Shown piece after piece: positions 1 to 12,974 of a stretch of DNA of 64,000 bases. Origin of the DNA: Malacoraja senta (lineage: Eukaryota); NCBI GenBank assembly GCA_038087875.1, contig CM075989.1, positions 2,294,001 through 2,358,000 on the forward strand, given 5' to 3'. Position numbers and translations under genes: made by a program. The notes beneath the pieces were generated by a model. That model had not been told where the DNA came from, did no database searches, and worked only from the letters and a program-made list of their open reading frames with translations. Every line of letters starts with the position of its first letter. The stretch's first letter is position 1.

Positions 1-217
1 CCAATTTCCGGTAGCCTTTGCTGTCTCCTCCCCTTCTCAGCTCTCCCTCAGCCCTCGGGCTCCTCCTCTTCCTTTTCTCTCCTTTCTTCTCTCCACCCCC
101 CCCCCCATTCCACCCCACATCAGTCTGAAGAAGGGTTTCGGCCCGAAACGTTGCCTATTTCCTTTGCTCCATAGATGCTGCTGCACCCGCTGAGTTTCTC
201 CAGCACTTTTGTCTACC
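1..217 (+). mobile_element. Penelope-like element 3' end (pseudo-LTR)
   Basis: Matches the sequence downstream of the GIY-YIG ORF at 19511-19720; contains CTGAAGAAGGGTTTCGGCCCGAAACGTT at 125-152. Confidence 0.8.
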
Positions 218-446
218 CGTCCATTGGCCCCCACCTTGAGATAGTGCCCCTACTGGTCACCCAGGGACTAGCTGGCCTTATTGGTTGATTGAATTGATTG
301 ATTGAAAGATACAGAATGGAAACAGACGTACGGCCAATCGATAACCTGTTCACTGTTTGAAGAAGGGTCTTGACCCGGACCGTCACCTCCTCTCCAGAGA
401 TTCTGCCTGATCCGCTGTTACTCCAGCATTTTGTGTCTATGTTTCG

Positions 447-834
447 CAGCGCTTCCACACCTCAACATTTTTTTTTTTCCTGAAATAGAATTCCAAATTA
501 CCTGGAATTTGATAGTATTTCCTGGCCCGGTAAGTTTCCCCAACTGCGCACGCGCGTATATCGGGCCCACTGCGTACATGCGGGGGATCGGCGTCCCTAC
601 CGCATCACCGGCACCGTTTGAATTGTAACGTGGCTGACGGGCCTCCCCCAACTGCGCACGTCGTAAATATACAGGTACATACTTTTTCCCGCAAATCATC
701 CCGCGGGCCTGATTGGACCCTTTGGCGTCTCCCTGCGCATGCGCAGTGGGCCCGGATTTCATTTCCCGAAAATTACCCGAAGGCAACCAGAATTTCCCGA
801 ATTTCAGGTAATTTCCTTCAAAGTGGAAACACTG
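447..834. mobile_element. hAT-like MITE (CpG-rich)
   Basis: Imperfect TIRs CAGCGCTTCCAC / GTGGAAACACTG; flanking 8-mers ATGTTTCG / ATCTTTAG match at 6 of 8 positions. Confidence 0.6.
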
Positions 835-959
835 ATCTTTAGTTCTATGTTAACACTTTCTCATCCACTCTTTACACACTGCAGGCAATTTTCAGAGGCC
901 AATTAACCTACAAACCCGCACGACTTTGTGATGTTGACCTGCGGAAGCGAGGGCGTTCC

Positions 960-1345
960 TACCCTACCCTCATCAACACAGCTGTTGTAGAGATAGTCAA
1001 CGGATTCAAGTTCTTGCGCATCCACATCTCCAGCCATCTAACCAGGTCCCTTCACACTGATGCAGTGATCAAGAAAGTGCATCAGCATTCTTACAGCATA
1101 TTTACAACATATTTAGATGGCTGAGGAGATTCGGCATGTCGATGAAGATTCTCTCGAACTTCAACGTTGTGCCAGAAAGAAAGTATACTGATGGGATGTA
1201 TCTTAGCCTGGTATGCCAACTGCTCTGCTCTTGTCCAAGAGTTTGGTGTACCTGCAGAAAGTGGTGAACACAGCCCGCTCCATCGCAGGCTCCTCACTTC
1301 ATCCCATGCCTGCCACCCCGGCCATTCCCTTTCTCTCTTCTACCT
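960..1345 (+). mobile_element. Old Rex1/Babar LINE 3' fragment
   Basis: Degenerate similarity to the Rex1 C-terminal region at 6930-7350 (FKFL..HIS, ESILMGCILAWY). Confidence 0.65.
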
Positions 1346-1369
1346 CCTGGGAGAATATACAGGCTTTAA

Positions 1370-2130
1370 TGGGCCTGCCCCACTTAGGTGACTTTTTACT
1401 CGACTGCAGGAGACTTTACCGTCGCCACATGGTCGCCACATGTTCGCGGGTAGTTGCCGGGGATTTGCCTTCATGGCCGTGAGGATTTCCCACATTCTGG
1501 GAACTGGTCGTGGCCTCATTACGGTCGCCGAGAATTTTTCAACATGTTGAAAAATTAGCGGCGACTAGAATGAAGTCGCCATGGAGATTAGCGAGAATTC
1601 TCGAGCCGTAGGTGGCTCGAGTGGGGTTACCAGGAGGTCGAAGGTTCTCGGAAGCTCTCGTAGGTTGCTGACCGGTGAACTTCATTGGCTCATTGGGGGG
1701 AAAAAAGGTAAGCAGTAGTTTTCAGAACCAAGGAACGACCAGTAATGTTAAATGTCCGCCGAACTTCACAGCCGTGTATTTCTGGCTTCTTAAAAGTTGT
1801 CTCTACTCCTTCTCCCTTCCTTCTCCCGCCTTCTCCCCCCTCTCCTGTCCTCTTTTAAAGGACTTACTGTACACTGTGCTTTAGCCGTCTTAATTACAAC
1901 GCCAACCTTCCTGTTCATCGCGGTGTGTGTCTGTATCACCTTGGCTTTGCACGTTGGGAATTTTTAAACAGCGCTCCCCCGCTGGCCCCAGCCTTTGCGA
2001 TGTGTGTGTGTGTGTGTGTGTGTTTCCAGTCTGACAGTCGCCGTTCCAGTTCCCGTTTTTTCAGGCAACTGCTGGCAACTTGACATTCGCCAGCAGTCCG
2101 CTGAAAAATCGCCTAAGTGGGACAGGCCCT
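1370..2130. mobile_element. PIF/Harbinger-like MITE, copy 1
   Basis: TIRs TGGGCCTGCCCCACTTAGGTGA / TCGCCTAAGTGGGACAGGCCCT with TAA/TTA flanks; inverted homolog at 12975-14165. Confidence 0.8.
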
Positions 2131-2723
2131 TTATACTTTGTATCTCCATAGTTAGCAACAGCTTCTTCCCCACTCCTTCCTGACTTCTGTCAGAGTCATA
2201 GAGTGATACAGCGTGGAAACAGGCTTTCGCCCCAACTTGACCACACTTGTCCCAGCTACACGAGTCCCACCTGCCTGCATTTGGCTCCTATCCCTCCAAA
2301 CCTGTCCTATCCCTCTACCTGTCTAACTCTCCTTCTGAACCAACCACCTTTCACATTCCATTCCTGCAGGTGCTGCCACGTATTGCTACTCTTACCTTGT
2401 TCAGTTATTGGTCTTTAATATTCTTTTACACGAGGATTTTGTGCTGCAATCCTGTGCCATGCTGCTTTTCCACACATAGTTTGATTTACCATAACCTGAA
2501 TGCATACTGTTTACTCAGTGAGCTTCATGTGATGAGGAATTTCATTATAGCCCGGTGTACGTGTCATTAAACCAACCTAATCTAATTGACATTGTGCCAG
2601 TTTCTCTTTGTCAGCTCTGTTCAGGACCTAGATCCCAGGGTGGAAATGTCAAAGACTACAGGGCAGAGCTTTAAAGTGAGAGGGGCAAAGTTTAACGGGG
2701 ATGTGCGGGGCATGTTTTTGCCA

Positions 2724-3875
2724 CATAGATACATAGATACATAGAAAATAGGTGCAGGAGTAGGCCATTCGGCCCTTCGAGCCTGCACCGCCATTCAATA
2801 TGATCATGGCTGATCATCCAACTCAGTATCCCGACCTGCCTTCTCTCCATACCCCCTGATCCCTTTAGCCACAAGGGCCACATCTAACTCCCTCTTAAAT
2901 ATAGCCAATGAACTGGCCTCAACTACCCTCTGTGGCAGAGAGTTCCAGAGATTCACCACTCTCTGTGTGAAAACGTTTTTCTCATCTCGGTCTTAAAGGA
3001 TTTCCCCCTTATCCTTAAGCTGTGACCCCTTGTCCTGGACTTCCTCAACATCGGGAACAATCTTCCTGCATCTAGCCTGTCCAACCCCATAAGAATTTTG
3101 TACGTTTCTATAAGATCCCTCTCAATCTCCTAAATTCTAGCGAGTATAAGCCAAGTCTATCCAGTCTTTCTTCATATGAAAGACCTGACATCCCAGGAAT
3201 CAGTCTGGTGAACCTTCTCTGCACTCCCTCTATGGCTATAATGTCCTTCCTCAGATTTGGAGACCAAAACTGTACGCAATACTCCAGGTGTGGTCTCACC
3301 AAGACCCTGTACAACTGCAGTAGAACCTCCCTGCTCCTATACTCAAATCCTCTTGATAACATACCATTCGCTTTCTTCACTGCCTGCTGCACCTGCATGC
3401 CTACTTTCAATGACTGGTGTACCATGACACCCAGGTCTCGCTGCATCTCCCCATTTCCTAATCGGCCACCATTTAGATAATAGTCTGCCTTCCCGTTTTT
3501 GCCACCAAAGTGGATAACCTCACATTTATCCACATTATACTGCATCTGCCAAACATTTGCCCACTCACCCAGCCTATCCAAGTCACCTTGCAGTCTCGTA
3601 GCATCCTCCTCACAGCTAACACTGCCCCCCAGCTTAGTGTCATCCGCAAACTTGGAGATGGTTGCTTTCAATTCCCTCGTCCAGATCATTAATATAAATT
3701 GTAAATAGCTGGGGTCCCAGCACTGAGCCTTGCGGTACCCCACTAGTCACTGCCTGCCATTGTGAAAAGGACCCGTTTACTCCTACTCTTTGCTTCCTGT
3801 TTGCCAGCCAGTTCTCTATCCACATCAATACTGAACCCCCAATACAATGTGATTTAAGTTGTATCCTAATCTCTT
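2724..3875 (-). mobile_element. CR1 (HER1-like) LINE, 5'-truncated, RT and C-terminal region
   Basis: [20 protein letters not shown] and RPHLEYCVQFWSP; 8-nt tandem tail (CATAGATA)n on +; frameshifts. Confidence 0.95.
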
Positions 3876-4328
3876 AATGCTCCTTAACGCTCCTGGCATC
3901 CACCACAGAGGTTGGTGGATGCCAGGAGCGTGCTGCCAGGGGTGGTGATGAAGGCAGATAAAATAATTCATGAGGCTGTTAGACAGGTATATGGATATTG
4001 CGGGAAGTGGAGGGATATGGATTATATGCCAGCAGATGAGATTAGTTTAACTTGGCATCGTGTTGCGCACAAACATTGTGGGCCGAAGGCCTGTTGTAAT
4101 GTTGTACTGTTCTATGTTCCATGTTCTGTCTACTCCACTGCCCTGAATACTGAGTACCAACCCTCCTTGAATCTTAAGCGTTTAAATTAGGCTAAAATAC
4201 AATATTTTATCTTAAGCATTTAATCTATTTATTTTCGAATGTATCCTTGAGGATGTAGCATACAGTGCCCTCCGTTATGTTTGGGACAAGACGCATCATT
4301 TATTTATTTGCCTCTATACTCCACAATT

Positions 4329-5907
4329 CAAGAGCGGAACTCGCTATCAAAACATGGAGGGGACGGGGGACACAATTTTTTGGCGGCCGCGGCGCATGCG
4401 CCCACTCACACACGCGCGCGCGAGGCTTCGGAGGCTTAATCCAGCGCTAAATGCAGCTCAACGCTGCTGTCTCACCGGGTTAACTACAGCCCTGCCTGGA
4501 CTGATGGGATACCAGCGCTGCTTCTCCGCGCTGGCCATATTTCCCGCAAGTCCAGGCAGGGCTGTAGGTTAACCTGGCGGGACAGGCTGAGTTGAGCTGG
4601 TTTAACGCTGCTTCTCTGCGTTGGCTGTGGATCTTGGATCTTGGAAACTTTATTGTCATTCAGACCTTTCGGTCTGAACGAAATGTCGTTGCCTGCAGTC
4701 ATACATATAATAAAATAACAAAACACACAATAAACACAAATTTAACATCCACCACAGTGAGTTCACCAGACACCTCCTCACTGTGATGGAAGGCAAAAAT
4801 CTTAAGTCTTTGTCTCTTCCCTCCTTGTTCTCCCTCTGCGCTGAGGCGATCCAGGCCTCCGATGTTGTGACCCCACCGGGTGATGGTAAGTAAGGCCCGC
4901 GGCTCAACCGTGCTCCGCGAACGGGCCGGTTCAATCTCCGCGGCCTGGGGTAGTCGAAGCTACCGCCCTCCAGTCCAGCGGACGAAACTGTTGCCGCGGG
5001 AGCTCCGGAAAAACAGGTCACCAACCTGTGACCTGCGAGCTCCCGACGATGTCATCTACTGGGCCTGCGGCCGAACCTCCGAAGTCGGGTCGCCGCCGCC
5101 AGAACGCCGCCACAACCCCGAGTCGGGCCGCCGGAACGCCAGAACACCGCTTCAGCCCTGAGTCGGGCCGCTGCCACCGGAACACCGCCTCAGCCCCGAG
5201 TCGGAACGCCAGAACCCGCCACAGCCCCGAAGTCGGCCAACCTCGCGCTGGTAAGTCCTGGCTGGCTCTACCTCCGGAGCCTCGAGGTCGGTCGCAGTTG
5301 GAGGCCGCCAGCTCCGCCATTCGGCCTCAACGCAGACGGAGACGGAGACGGGGGATATGACTAGAAAAGTCACATTCCCCCGAAGGAAGAGACTAAAACA
5401 CGTTACTCCCACCCCCCCCCCCCCCCCACACATACACAACCTAATAACTCAAATTAACAAGCTAAAACTGGACAAGAAAACAACAACAAAAATAAAAAAC
5501 AGACGGACTGCAGGCGAGCCGCAGCTGCCAAGGCACAGGGTGGGCCGGAGGACACAGCTTGCGTCTGACTCCCGACCTCTCTGGCCACCCGTGGGGGGGG
5601 GGGGGTGGGGGCACTTGGGACAGCGCCGGAGAGCCGGCCGGGATCGATCCTGCCTGCGGATGAGGCGCAGGTCTGTGCCACGTCTCCCTCCTCCAATCGC
5701 TGCGCTCTATCCTCAGTCCCACCCCCCCCCCACTACTCCCTCCTCCAATCATCGCGCCCTTGATCATCAGTCCCACCCCCACTGTCTCACGGAAAGCGGA
5801 GATTTTAAAATACGGATCACAAAAACTTGGGGGGGATGTCCCCCAACTCTCAAGACATGGGGGGGGGGACGTGTCCCCTCTGGTCCCTCCCGGGTTTTCC
5901 GCCCCTG
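4329..5907. mobile_element. hAT-like non-autonomous element nested in the Tc1 TIR
   Basis: 8-bp TSD CCACAATT (4321-4328) / CTACAATT (5908-5915); imperfect TIRs CAAGAGCGGAA / TTCCGCCCCTG. Confidence 0.75.
4628..5535 (-). mobile_element. ORF-less CpG-rich retroposon with Rex1-like tail
   Basis: Minus strand ends in hairpin TTCAGACC-GAAA-GGTCTGAA, AATAAA and (CCAAGAT)n; internal ~40-bp repeats at 5080-5240. Confidence 0.6.
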
Positions 5908-5947
5908 CTACAATTTGAGATTTGTAATAGAAAAAATCACATTGTCA

Positions 5948-7573
5948 CCCACCCCTGTCCAATCGCCATTTCACACCTACTGACAGCCTGACTCCAGTCT
6001 GCAAAGACTGGGCCCTCGTCCACTACTCACCCCCTCCTTGCTGCCCAACATCAGTCTGGCCACTTCTCCGTCACCAACAATAGAAACTAATGAGGTGGAG
6101 AGGCTGTTCAGAAGACAGAAAATCCAGAAATCTATAGGACCGGACAATGTTTCTCCCTCTACACTCAAGCTCTGTGCCGAACAACTGTCTACACAGACAT
6201 TTTCAACCAGTCCCTGCAAACCTGTACTGTCCCTGGCTGCTTCAAAGTCTCCACTATCGTCTCTGTACCCAAGAAGACAAGGATTACTGGTCTTGATGAC
6301 TACAGGCCTGTCGCACTAGCCTCTGTAGTCATGAAGACCCTTGAAAGGCTTGTGCTGGCCAAGATGAAAAATATCACGAACCCCCTGGAATAGCTGGACC
6401 CCCTACCGTTTGCATATCGGGCCAATAGATCAGTGGATGACGCAGTCAACCTGGGCCTGCACTTCATCCTCCAGCACCTAGACCGCCAGGGGACCTATGC
6501 GAAGATTTTGTTTGTGGATTTTAGCTCCAGAGCTACTACACTCCAAACTCTCCGAGTTGACTGTGCCTGAACCTCTCTGTCAGTGGATCATCAACTTCCT
6601 GACAGACAGGAAGCAGCATGTGAGGCTGGGAAAGCACATCTCAGTCCCATAGACCCTCAGCATAGGAGCACCGCAAGGCTGCGAACTCTCCCCTCTCCTC
6701 TATTCTCTCTACACCAACGACTGCACCTCCACAGACTCCTCTGTCAAGCTTCTCAAGTTTGCGGACGACACAACCCTGATTGGACTGATCCAGGATGGGG
6801 AGGAATCTGCCTACAGACAGGAAGTGTCACAGCGAGCATCCTGGTGCCTTTATAACAACCTGGAGCTCAATGATCTTAAGACAGTGGAATTGATAGTAGA
6901 CTTTAGGAGAGCTTCCCCTCCCTTCTCCCCACTCACCATCAACAACACCACAGTCACATCTGTGGAGTCCTTTAAGTTTTTTGGAACCATCATCTCCAGG
7001 GACCTTAAATGGGGGGGGGCCACCATCGACTCCACAGTCAAAAAGGCACAACAGAGGATGTACTTCCTGCGGCAGCTGAGGAAGCACAATCTGCCACAGG
7101 CAATGATGGTCCAATTCTACACGGCCATCATAGAGTCTGTCCTCACCTTCTCCATCATGGTCTGGTTTGGCTCAGCCACCAAGCACAACATCCGGAGGTT
7201 GCAGCGCATCGTCCGATCAGCTGAGATGGTTGGCTGCAACCTTCCACCCATCGATCAACTGTACACTGCAAGGGCCAGGAAGCAAGCGGGTAAGATCATC
7301 TCTGACCCCTCTCACCCTGGCCACAAACTCTTTGAATCACTTCCCTCTGGAAGGCGACTTCAGACTGTCAAAGCTGCCACAGCCAGTAGCTCAACTCAAT
7401 AACCAAAAATCTGTAGTCTCCTTTTACTCTGGTATTATATTTCATTCACATGTTAAAATTATAATGCTTTATTCTTAATTTTTTAATGTTTTATGTTTTA
7501 TTCTTAATGGTTTACTGTATGTCATGTTGTTGCTCGCGATCGGAGCATGGCCAATAAACTTATTCATTCATTC
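5948..7573 (+). mobile_element. Rex1/Babar LINE, 5'-truncated RT
   Basis: DYRPVAL, GAPQGC.LSP, KFADDTTLIG, KAQQRMYFLRQL; AATAAA and (ATTC)n tail; GTCA duplicated at both ends. Confidence 0.92.
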
Positions 7574-9976
7574 GTCAGATTTTAATCAAGGCAATTTTAT
7601 ATATATTTTGGTTTCACCATGTAGAAATTACAGCAGAAATTTCAGGGCACCATAATGTTTGGGACACAGCAATGTCATGTAAATGAAAGTAGTCATGTTT
7701 AGTATATTGTTGCTTATCCTTTGCATGCAATGACTGCTTGAAGTCTGCGATTCATGGACCTCACCAGTTGCTGGGTGTCTTCGCTGGTGATGCTCTGCCA
7801 GGCCTGTATTGCAGCCATTTTAGCTTGTGCTTGTTTTGGGGGCTAGTCCCCTTCAGTTTTCTCTTCAGCATATAAAAGGTATGCTCAATTGGGTTCAGAT
7901 CGGAAGATTTAATTGGGCACTCAAGAATTGACCATTTATTTGCTTTGAAAAACACCTTTGTTGTTTTAGCAGTTTGGGATCATTGTCTTGCTGTAGAATG
8001 AACCGCCGGCCAAAGAGTTTTGAAGCATTTGATTGAACTTGAGCAGATAGGATGTGTCTATACACTTCAGAATTCATTATGCTACTACCATCAGCAGTTG
8101 TATCATCAATGAAGATAAGTGAGCCAGTACATTCAGCAGCCATACATGCCCAGGCCATAACACCCCCACCACCGTGTTTCACAGATGAGGTGGTATGCTT
8201 AGGATCTTGGGCAGTTCCTTCTCTCCTCCATATTTTGCTCTTGCCATCATTCTGATATAAGTTAATCTTCGTCTCATCTGTCCACAAGATCTTTTTCCAG
8301 AACTGTAGTTATTCTTTTAAGTACTTCTTGGCAATCTTTAACCAGAAATCCTATTTTTGCGGCTAACCAGTGGTTTGCATCTTGCAGTGTAGCCTCTGTA
8401 TTTTTGTTCATGAAGTCTTCTGCAGACAGTGGTCATTGACAAATCCACACCTGACTCCTGACGATTGTTTCTGATCTGTCGGACTGGTGTTTGGGGATGT
8501 TTCTTTAATATAGAGAGAATTGTTCTGTCATCAGCTGTGGAGGTCTTCCTTGGCCTGCCAGTCCCTTTGCGATTAGTAAGCTCACCAGTGCTCTCTTTCT
8601 TCTTAATGATGTTCCAAGCAGTTGATTTTGGTAACCCTAAGGCTTGGCTATTGTCTCTAACAGTTTTATTCTTGTTTCTCTAGTCTCATAATGGCTTATT
8701 TGACTTTCATTGGCACAACTTTGGTCCTCATGTTGATAAACAGCAATAAAAGTTTCCAAAGTTGATGGAAAGACTGAAGGAAAGACTAGGTGCTGAGAGC
8801 TCTCTTATACCTGCATTAAGGAGGCAATTAAACACACCTGAGCAATTACAAAAACATGTGAAGCGATCTGTCCCAAACATTATGGTGCCCTGCAATGGGG
8901 GGGGACTATGTATAAACACAGCTGTAATTTCTACATGGCGAAACCAAAATGTATAAGAATACCCCTTAATAAAATCTGACAGTGCACTTTAACCACTTGT
9001 GATTTTTTTCTATTACAAATCTCAACTTGCGGAGTACAGAGGCAAATAAATAAATGATGTGTCCTTGTCCCAAACATTATGGAGGGCACTGTGTATCCTG
9101 AATGTTAGACATAAGGATCTAGCAACATTTAGCCATGGCATAGCTTAGAGAGATTGCCCAAAGAAACCACCCAGTGCACACCACAGGAATTCAATGTGTC
9201 TTTCCTTCCTTATCTCAATCAGCAAGTGATTAAAATCAAAGTTTCTGTTATCCCAACTCATCTCACTGATCATCTACACAATCTATTTTCCAAATGTCCA
9301 TTCACAGTTTCCGGCTATGCTACTAGTTTTAGGAGTGAGAATATGTGTAGTGGGGCTTGGCATATCAAGGGGTGGGGGATAGATACAGTGGACCAACAGT
9401 CATAGGCCTGATGGGGCAGGGAGTGAGGAGATCAGGGCTCCACCAACAATCTTCTGGGATGCCTAGAACCAGGTGGCAACCAAGCGGTGGATGCCTGAAC
9501 GTTAGAAGATGACATTTGCCTTAATAGTCATAGAACCTAGAACAGTACAGCACACGAACAAGCCCTTTGGCCCACAATGTCTGTGTCAACCATGATGCCA
9601 AGACCAACACTCATCTACCTGCGCACAATACCCATATCCATCCATTCCCTGCATATACAAGTGCCCACCCAAAAGTATTTTAGTCGCCACTAACATTTTT
9701 GCTGCAAACGCCACCTCCGGCACTCACCACCCTCTGTGTAAAAATCTTGCCCTGCAGATCTCCTTTAAACTTTGCCCATCTCACCTTAAAGGTGTGTGGT
9801 GGCCTCAGTTCAAGGTAATGGGAAACTATGGCTCAGACACTGCTCCATGCTGTGTTTTGAGGGGGTCCACTGTAGTTTTTGTTAAGTACATCGGATGCGA
9901 GGTTCACCAAATCCTGTTTCTCGTTTCCCTGTGCAACGCTTCACTAAAGCTGACATTGTGGATTTCAGGGTACTGT

Positions 9977-10090
9977 TCACATCTTCTTGCAGTTCTCATG
10001 ATTCATCACAGCAGCATCAATCGCTGCCGGGAGCTTGTCAAAGGGTACGCCATGTGTTAATAGCACTCTTGCCGTTACAGGATGTATTAC
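9977..10090 (-). pseudogene. Candidate last coding exon of an unidentified gene: VIHPVTARVLLTHGVPFDKLPAAIDAAVMNHENCKKM*
   Basis: Acceptor TTTGTTCAATAG followed by 37 open codons and TGA, in non-repeat DNA. Confidence 0.45.
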
Positions 10091-10264
10091 CTATTGAACA
10101 AATGGATTCTGGAGTGACGGAAAGGGGTGGGAGAGAGATCCCAAGAGACAAGGATAGTGAAGACCTGGGTATACTTGATGCGACCCACCTCCGAACTGAC
10201 CCGAAACATCATCTAACCATGTCCCCCGGAGATGCTGCTTGACCTGCTGAGTTACTCCAACATT

Positions 10265-10550
10265 ATGTTTAGAGATACAGCGTGGAAACAGGCCCTTTGG
10301 CCCATCGAGTCTGCTCCGACCAGTGATTCCCGCACACTGACACTAACTGACACACACTCAGGACAATTTATGATTTTACCAAGCCAATTACACAACAAAC
10401 GTAACGTCTTTGGAGTCTGGGAGGAAACTGGAGGGAAAACCCACGCAGGTCACGGGGAGAAGGTACAAACTGTACGCACAACACCCAGAGATCGAACCCG
10501 GGTCTCGAGCGCTGTGAGACAGCAACATTACCGCTGTGCCACCGTGCCGC
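10265..10550 (-). mobile_element. tRNA-derived V-SINE/HE1-like SINE
   Basis: Box B GGTTCGATC, central domain and CR1-like tail GGGCCTGTTTCCACGCTGTATCTCTAAA. Confidence 0.85.
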
Positions 10551-10689
10551 TCAATATCTGCATGGTAAATCAGCATTTGCAGTTCCTTGTGTCTCTACAC
10601 TGGAGGGGTGCTCTGTGCAAGGAGACCAGAGAGAACCTCCTGGGCTACAGCCAGGTGTTCCTGGGATGAAGGTACTGGGGAGAGCTATG

Positions 10690-11180
10690 TGTGTAACCTG
10701 TGAGGACATTGCAGGGGATATCGAGAGGTCAACTGAATGGGCAAAGACGATGCAAATGAGATATAATGTCAAAAAATGGGAGATCATTTCCTTTGTATGA
10801 AAAATGTGTAAGGTAGACTGTTTTTTTGAAACAGAGAGAGACTTGTACATATATTACTGAAAATCAATATGGGAGTTCAGCAGACAATCAGGAAGGCGAG
10901 CGGGAGGTTGGCTTTTTTTTGGCAAGAGGATTTGAGTACTAGAGTAGTGATGTTTGCTCCAATTATGTAATCTCTTGGTTAGCACCTGGAGGATTGTGTA
11001 TGAATGTAATCCCCGCAGGAACGATACACCAGCAGTGAAGATCCATCATATTGATCCCTGCCATGACAGACTTCTTGTATGAAGAGCGATTAGCAGACTG
11101 GCCTGATGCTCTCGTGAGTTTACAAAAATGAGACTTATCTCAATGAATCTTCAGAGGCTTAATGGAGCAGATGAAGATGT
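10690..11180 (+). mobile_element. Old, diverged CR1 fragment
   Basis: Degenerate L..WAK.MQM.YNV.K and downstream CR1 motifs. Confidence 0.7.
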
Positions 11181-12509
11181 AACACAAAAAACTGGAGTAA
11201 CTCAGCGGGTCAGGGAGCATCTCTGGAGTAAAGGAGAAGGTGTCGTTTCAGGTTGAGACCCTACTTCACAAGTCTGAAGAAGGGTCTCGACCCGAAGCAT
11301 CACCTATTCCTTTTCTCCAAAGATGCTGTCTGGCCCGATGTGTTACTCCACCTTTTGTGTCTATCTTCAGTTTGAATCAGCATCCGCATTTCCTTCCTAC
11401 AGATGAAGATGTGATATTTCTGCCAGCTGGGAGTCTTGTCAAGAGGTCTCGGTATGTGAATAAGGAATCGGTCAGTCATGCAAGAGATGGGAGGACATTT
11501 CTTCACCCAGAAGAAAGAGACTATTTGGAATCGTCCACTCCAAGAAGGGTTTGGAAGCTCAGAGGCAAAGTACATTGTTCTCTGGAATGACAGAGGTTGC
11601 AGAGAGACCTGAGAGAAATATATACAATTATGAGTGAAGACCGTCAGAATGGAATTTCTCAGAATGGAAACAATCAAATAACAGAGGGCGTTGTTTTAAG
11701 GTGAAAGGGGGAAAGTTTAAAGAGATGTAAAGAGCAAGTGTTTTACAAGCAGGGGTGGTGAATGTCTGGAACATGCAGCCAGAGGTGGTGGCTGAAACAA
11801 ATACGTTTGTTGCATTTTAAAGACTTTTGGATGAATGGATGGAATGGAGGGAAATATGTCATGTGCAGGTAGATAAGTGATGGTCTTGGCATCTTGTTTG
11901 GCACAGACATTGTGGGCCAAAGGGCCAGTTCTTGTACTATAGTGTTCTATGTACATATAAAACAGAGATTTACAGATTTTGGAAATTGAACGTGACATTG
12001 TAGATAATCAGCCGTGATCATGTTGAAATGCTTAAGAAGGAACTGCAGATTCTTGAACAGTCAAAGGTAGACAAAAATGCTGGAGGAACTCAGCGGGTGA
12101 GGCAGCATCTATGGAGAGAAGGAATAGGTGACGTTTCGGATCGAGGTCTCGTCGCCTATTCCTTCTGTCCATAGATGCTGCCTCACCCGCTGAGTTTCTC
12201 CAGCACTTTTGTCTTCCTGTGATCATGTTGAATGTTGGTGATCGCATGAAGGCTTACTCCTGCTTACTCCTGCTTCACTTTCATCTTCATATGTAAGGCT
12301 ATGAGTACAGTCTGGAAGCTTCCACTTTAAGGAAGCCTCCTGTGCAGGCAAATGCAAAATCTCCCCCCCCCCCCCCCCCCTCTGCCTCGTTCGACAGGCT
12401 GAGGATTAGTCTGTAGGGAGGAACTGCAGATGCTGGTTTTCACCGAAGATAGACACAAAATGCTGGAGTAATTCAACGGGACAGACAGCATCTCTGGAGA
12501 GAAGGAATG

Positions 12510-12540
12510 GGTGACGTTTCGGGTCGAGACCCTTCTTCAG
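12510..12540 (-). ncRNA. Minimal hammerhead ribozyme motif in a Penelope-derived repeat
   Basis: CUGAAGA-A-GGGU-CUCG-ACCC-GAAA-C-GUC: catalytic core boxes, stem II and a GUC triplet. Confidence 0.55.
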
Positions 12541-12814
12541 ACTTTGTTGCTGGTCGAGCCCTGTGACCAACTATATTTCTGGACTCGTGTTATTCTCAAA
12601 CTAAGGATCCAGAGACGCTGCCTGTCCCGCTGAGTTACTCCAGCAATTTGTATTTATCATTGAAGGGAAAATCTTCTCTCCTTGGCTGTGGAGTAATTCA
12701 ACAGTCAGCAGCAAACTGCAGTGATGTTGCTGAGATGCACAGTAGCAGTCCTGGAATAACACGATGCCAGGGAGCTGGAGTGACTGTGACCCTGACCTTC
12801 ACAAGCTAAGCACT

Positions 12815-12915
12815 TCAGTTCAGTTTAGTTCAGTTTAGTTTAGTTTTCTTTTGTTTTGTTTTGTTTTGTTTTGTTTCGTTTTGTTTCTTTCAGTTTAGTT
12901 CAGTTTAATTTAGTT
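12815..12915. repeat. (GTTTA/GTTTT/GTTCA)n pentanucleotide microsatellite
   Basis: Visible tandem repeat. Confidence 0.9.
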
Positions 12916-12974
12916 CAAGTGTAAGTTAGGTTACTGGGAAACACAGGTCTCAGGTGAAGCAAAGAGCAGAGTTA

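Larger units (their letters stand above)
4263..9091 (-). mobile_element. Tc1 transposon copy 1, with hAT, retroposon and Rex1 insertions in one TIR
   Basis: TA|CAGTGCCCTCC ... GGAGGGCACTG ends; minus-strand WTDE, QQDNDPK and SDLNPIEH (DD34E); colinear with 48689-50282. Confidence 0.92.

Noticed and set aside
4880..5983. CpG island or host promoter with Arg/Pro-rich ORFs (also 50650-51210 and 56676-57155)
   Set aside because: The sequence lies inside mobile elements, and the ORFs reflect high GC content.
9977..10090. Assigning the candidate gene to MDR dehydrogenases from LLTH..PFDK
   Set aside because: The resemblance is short, and the other exons show no zinc- or NAD-binding motifs.
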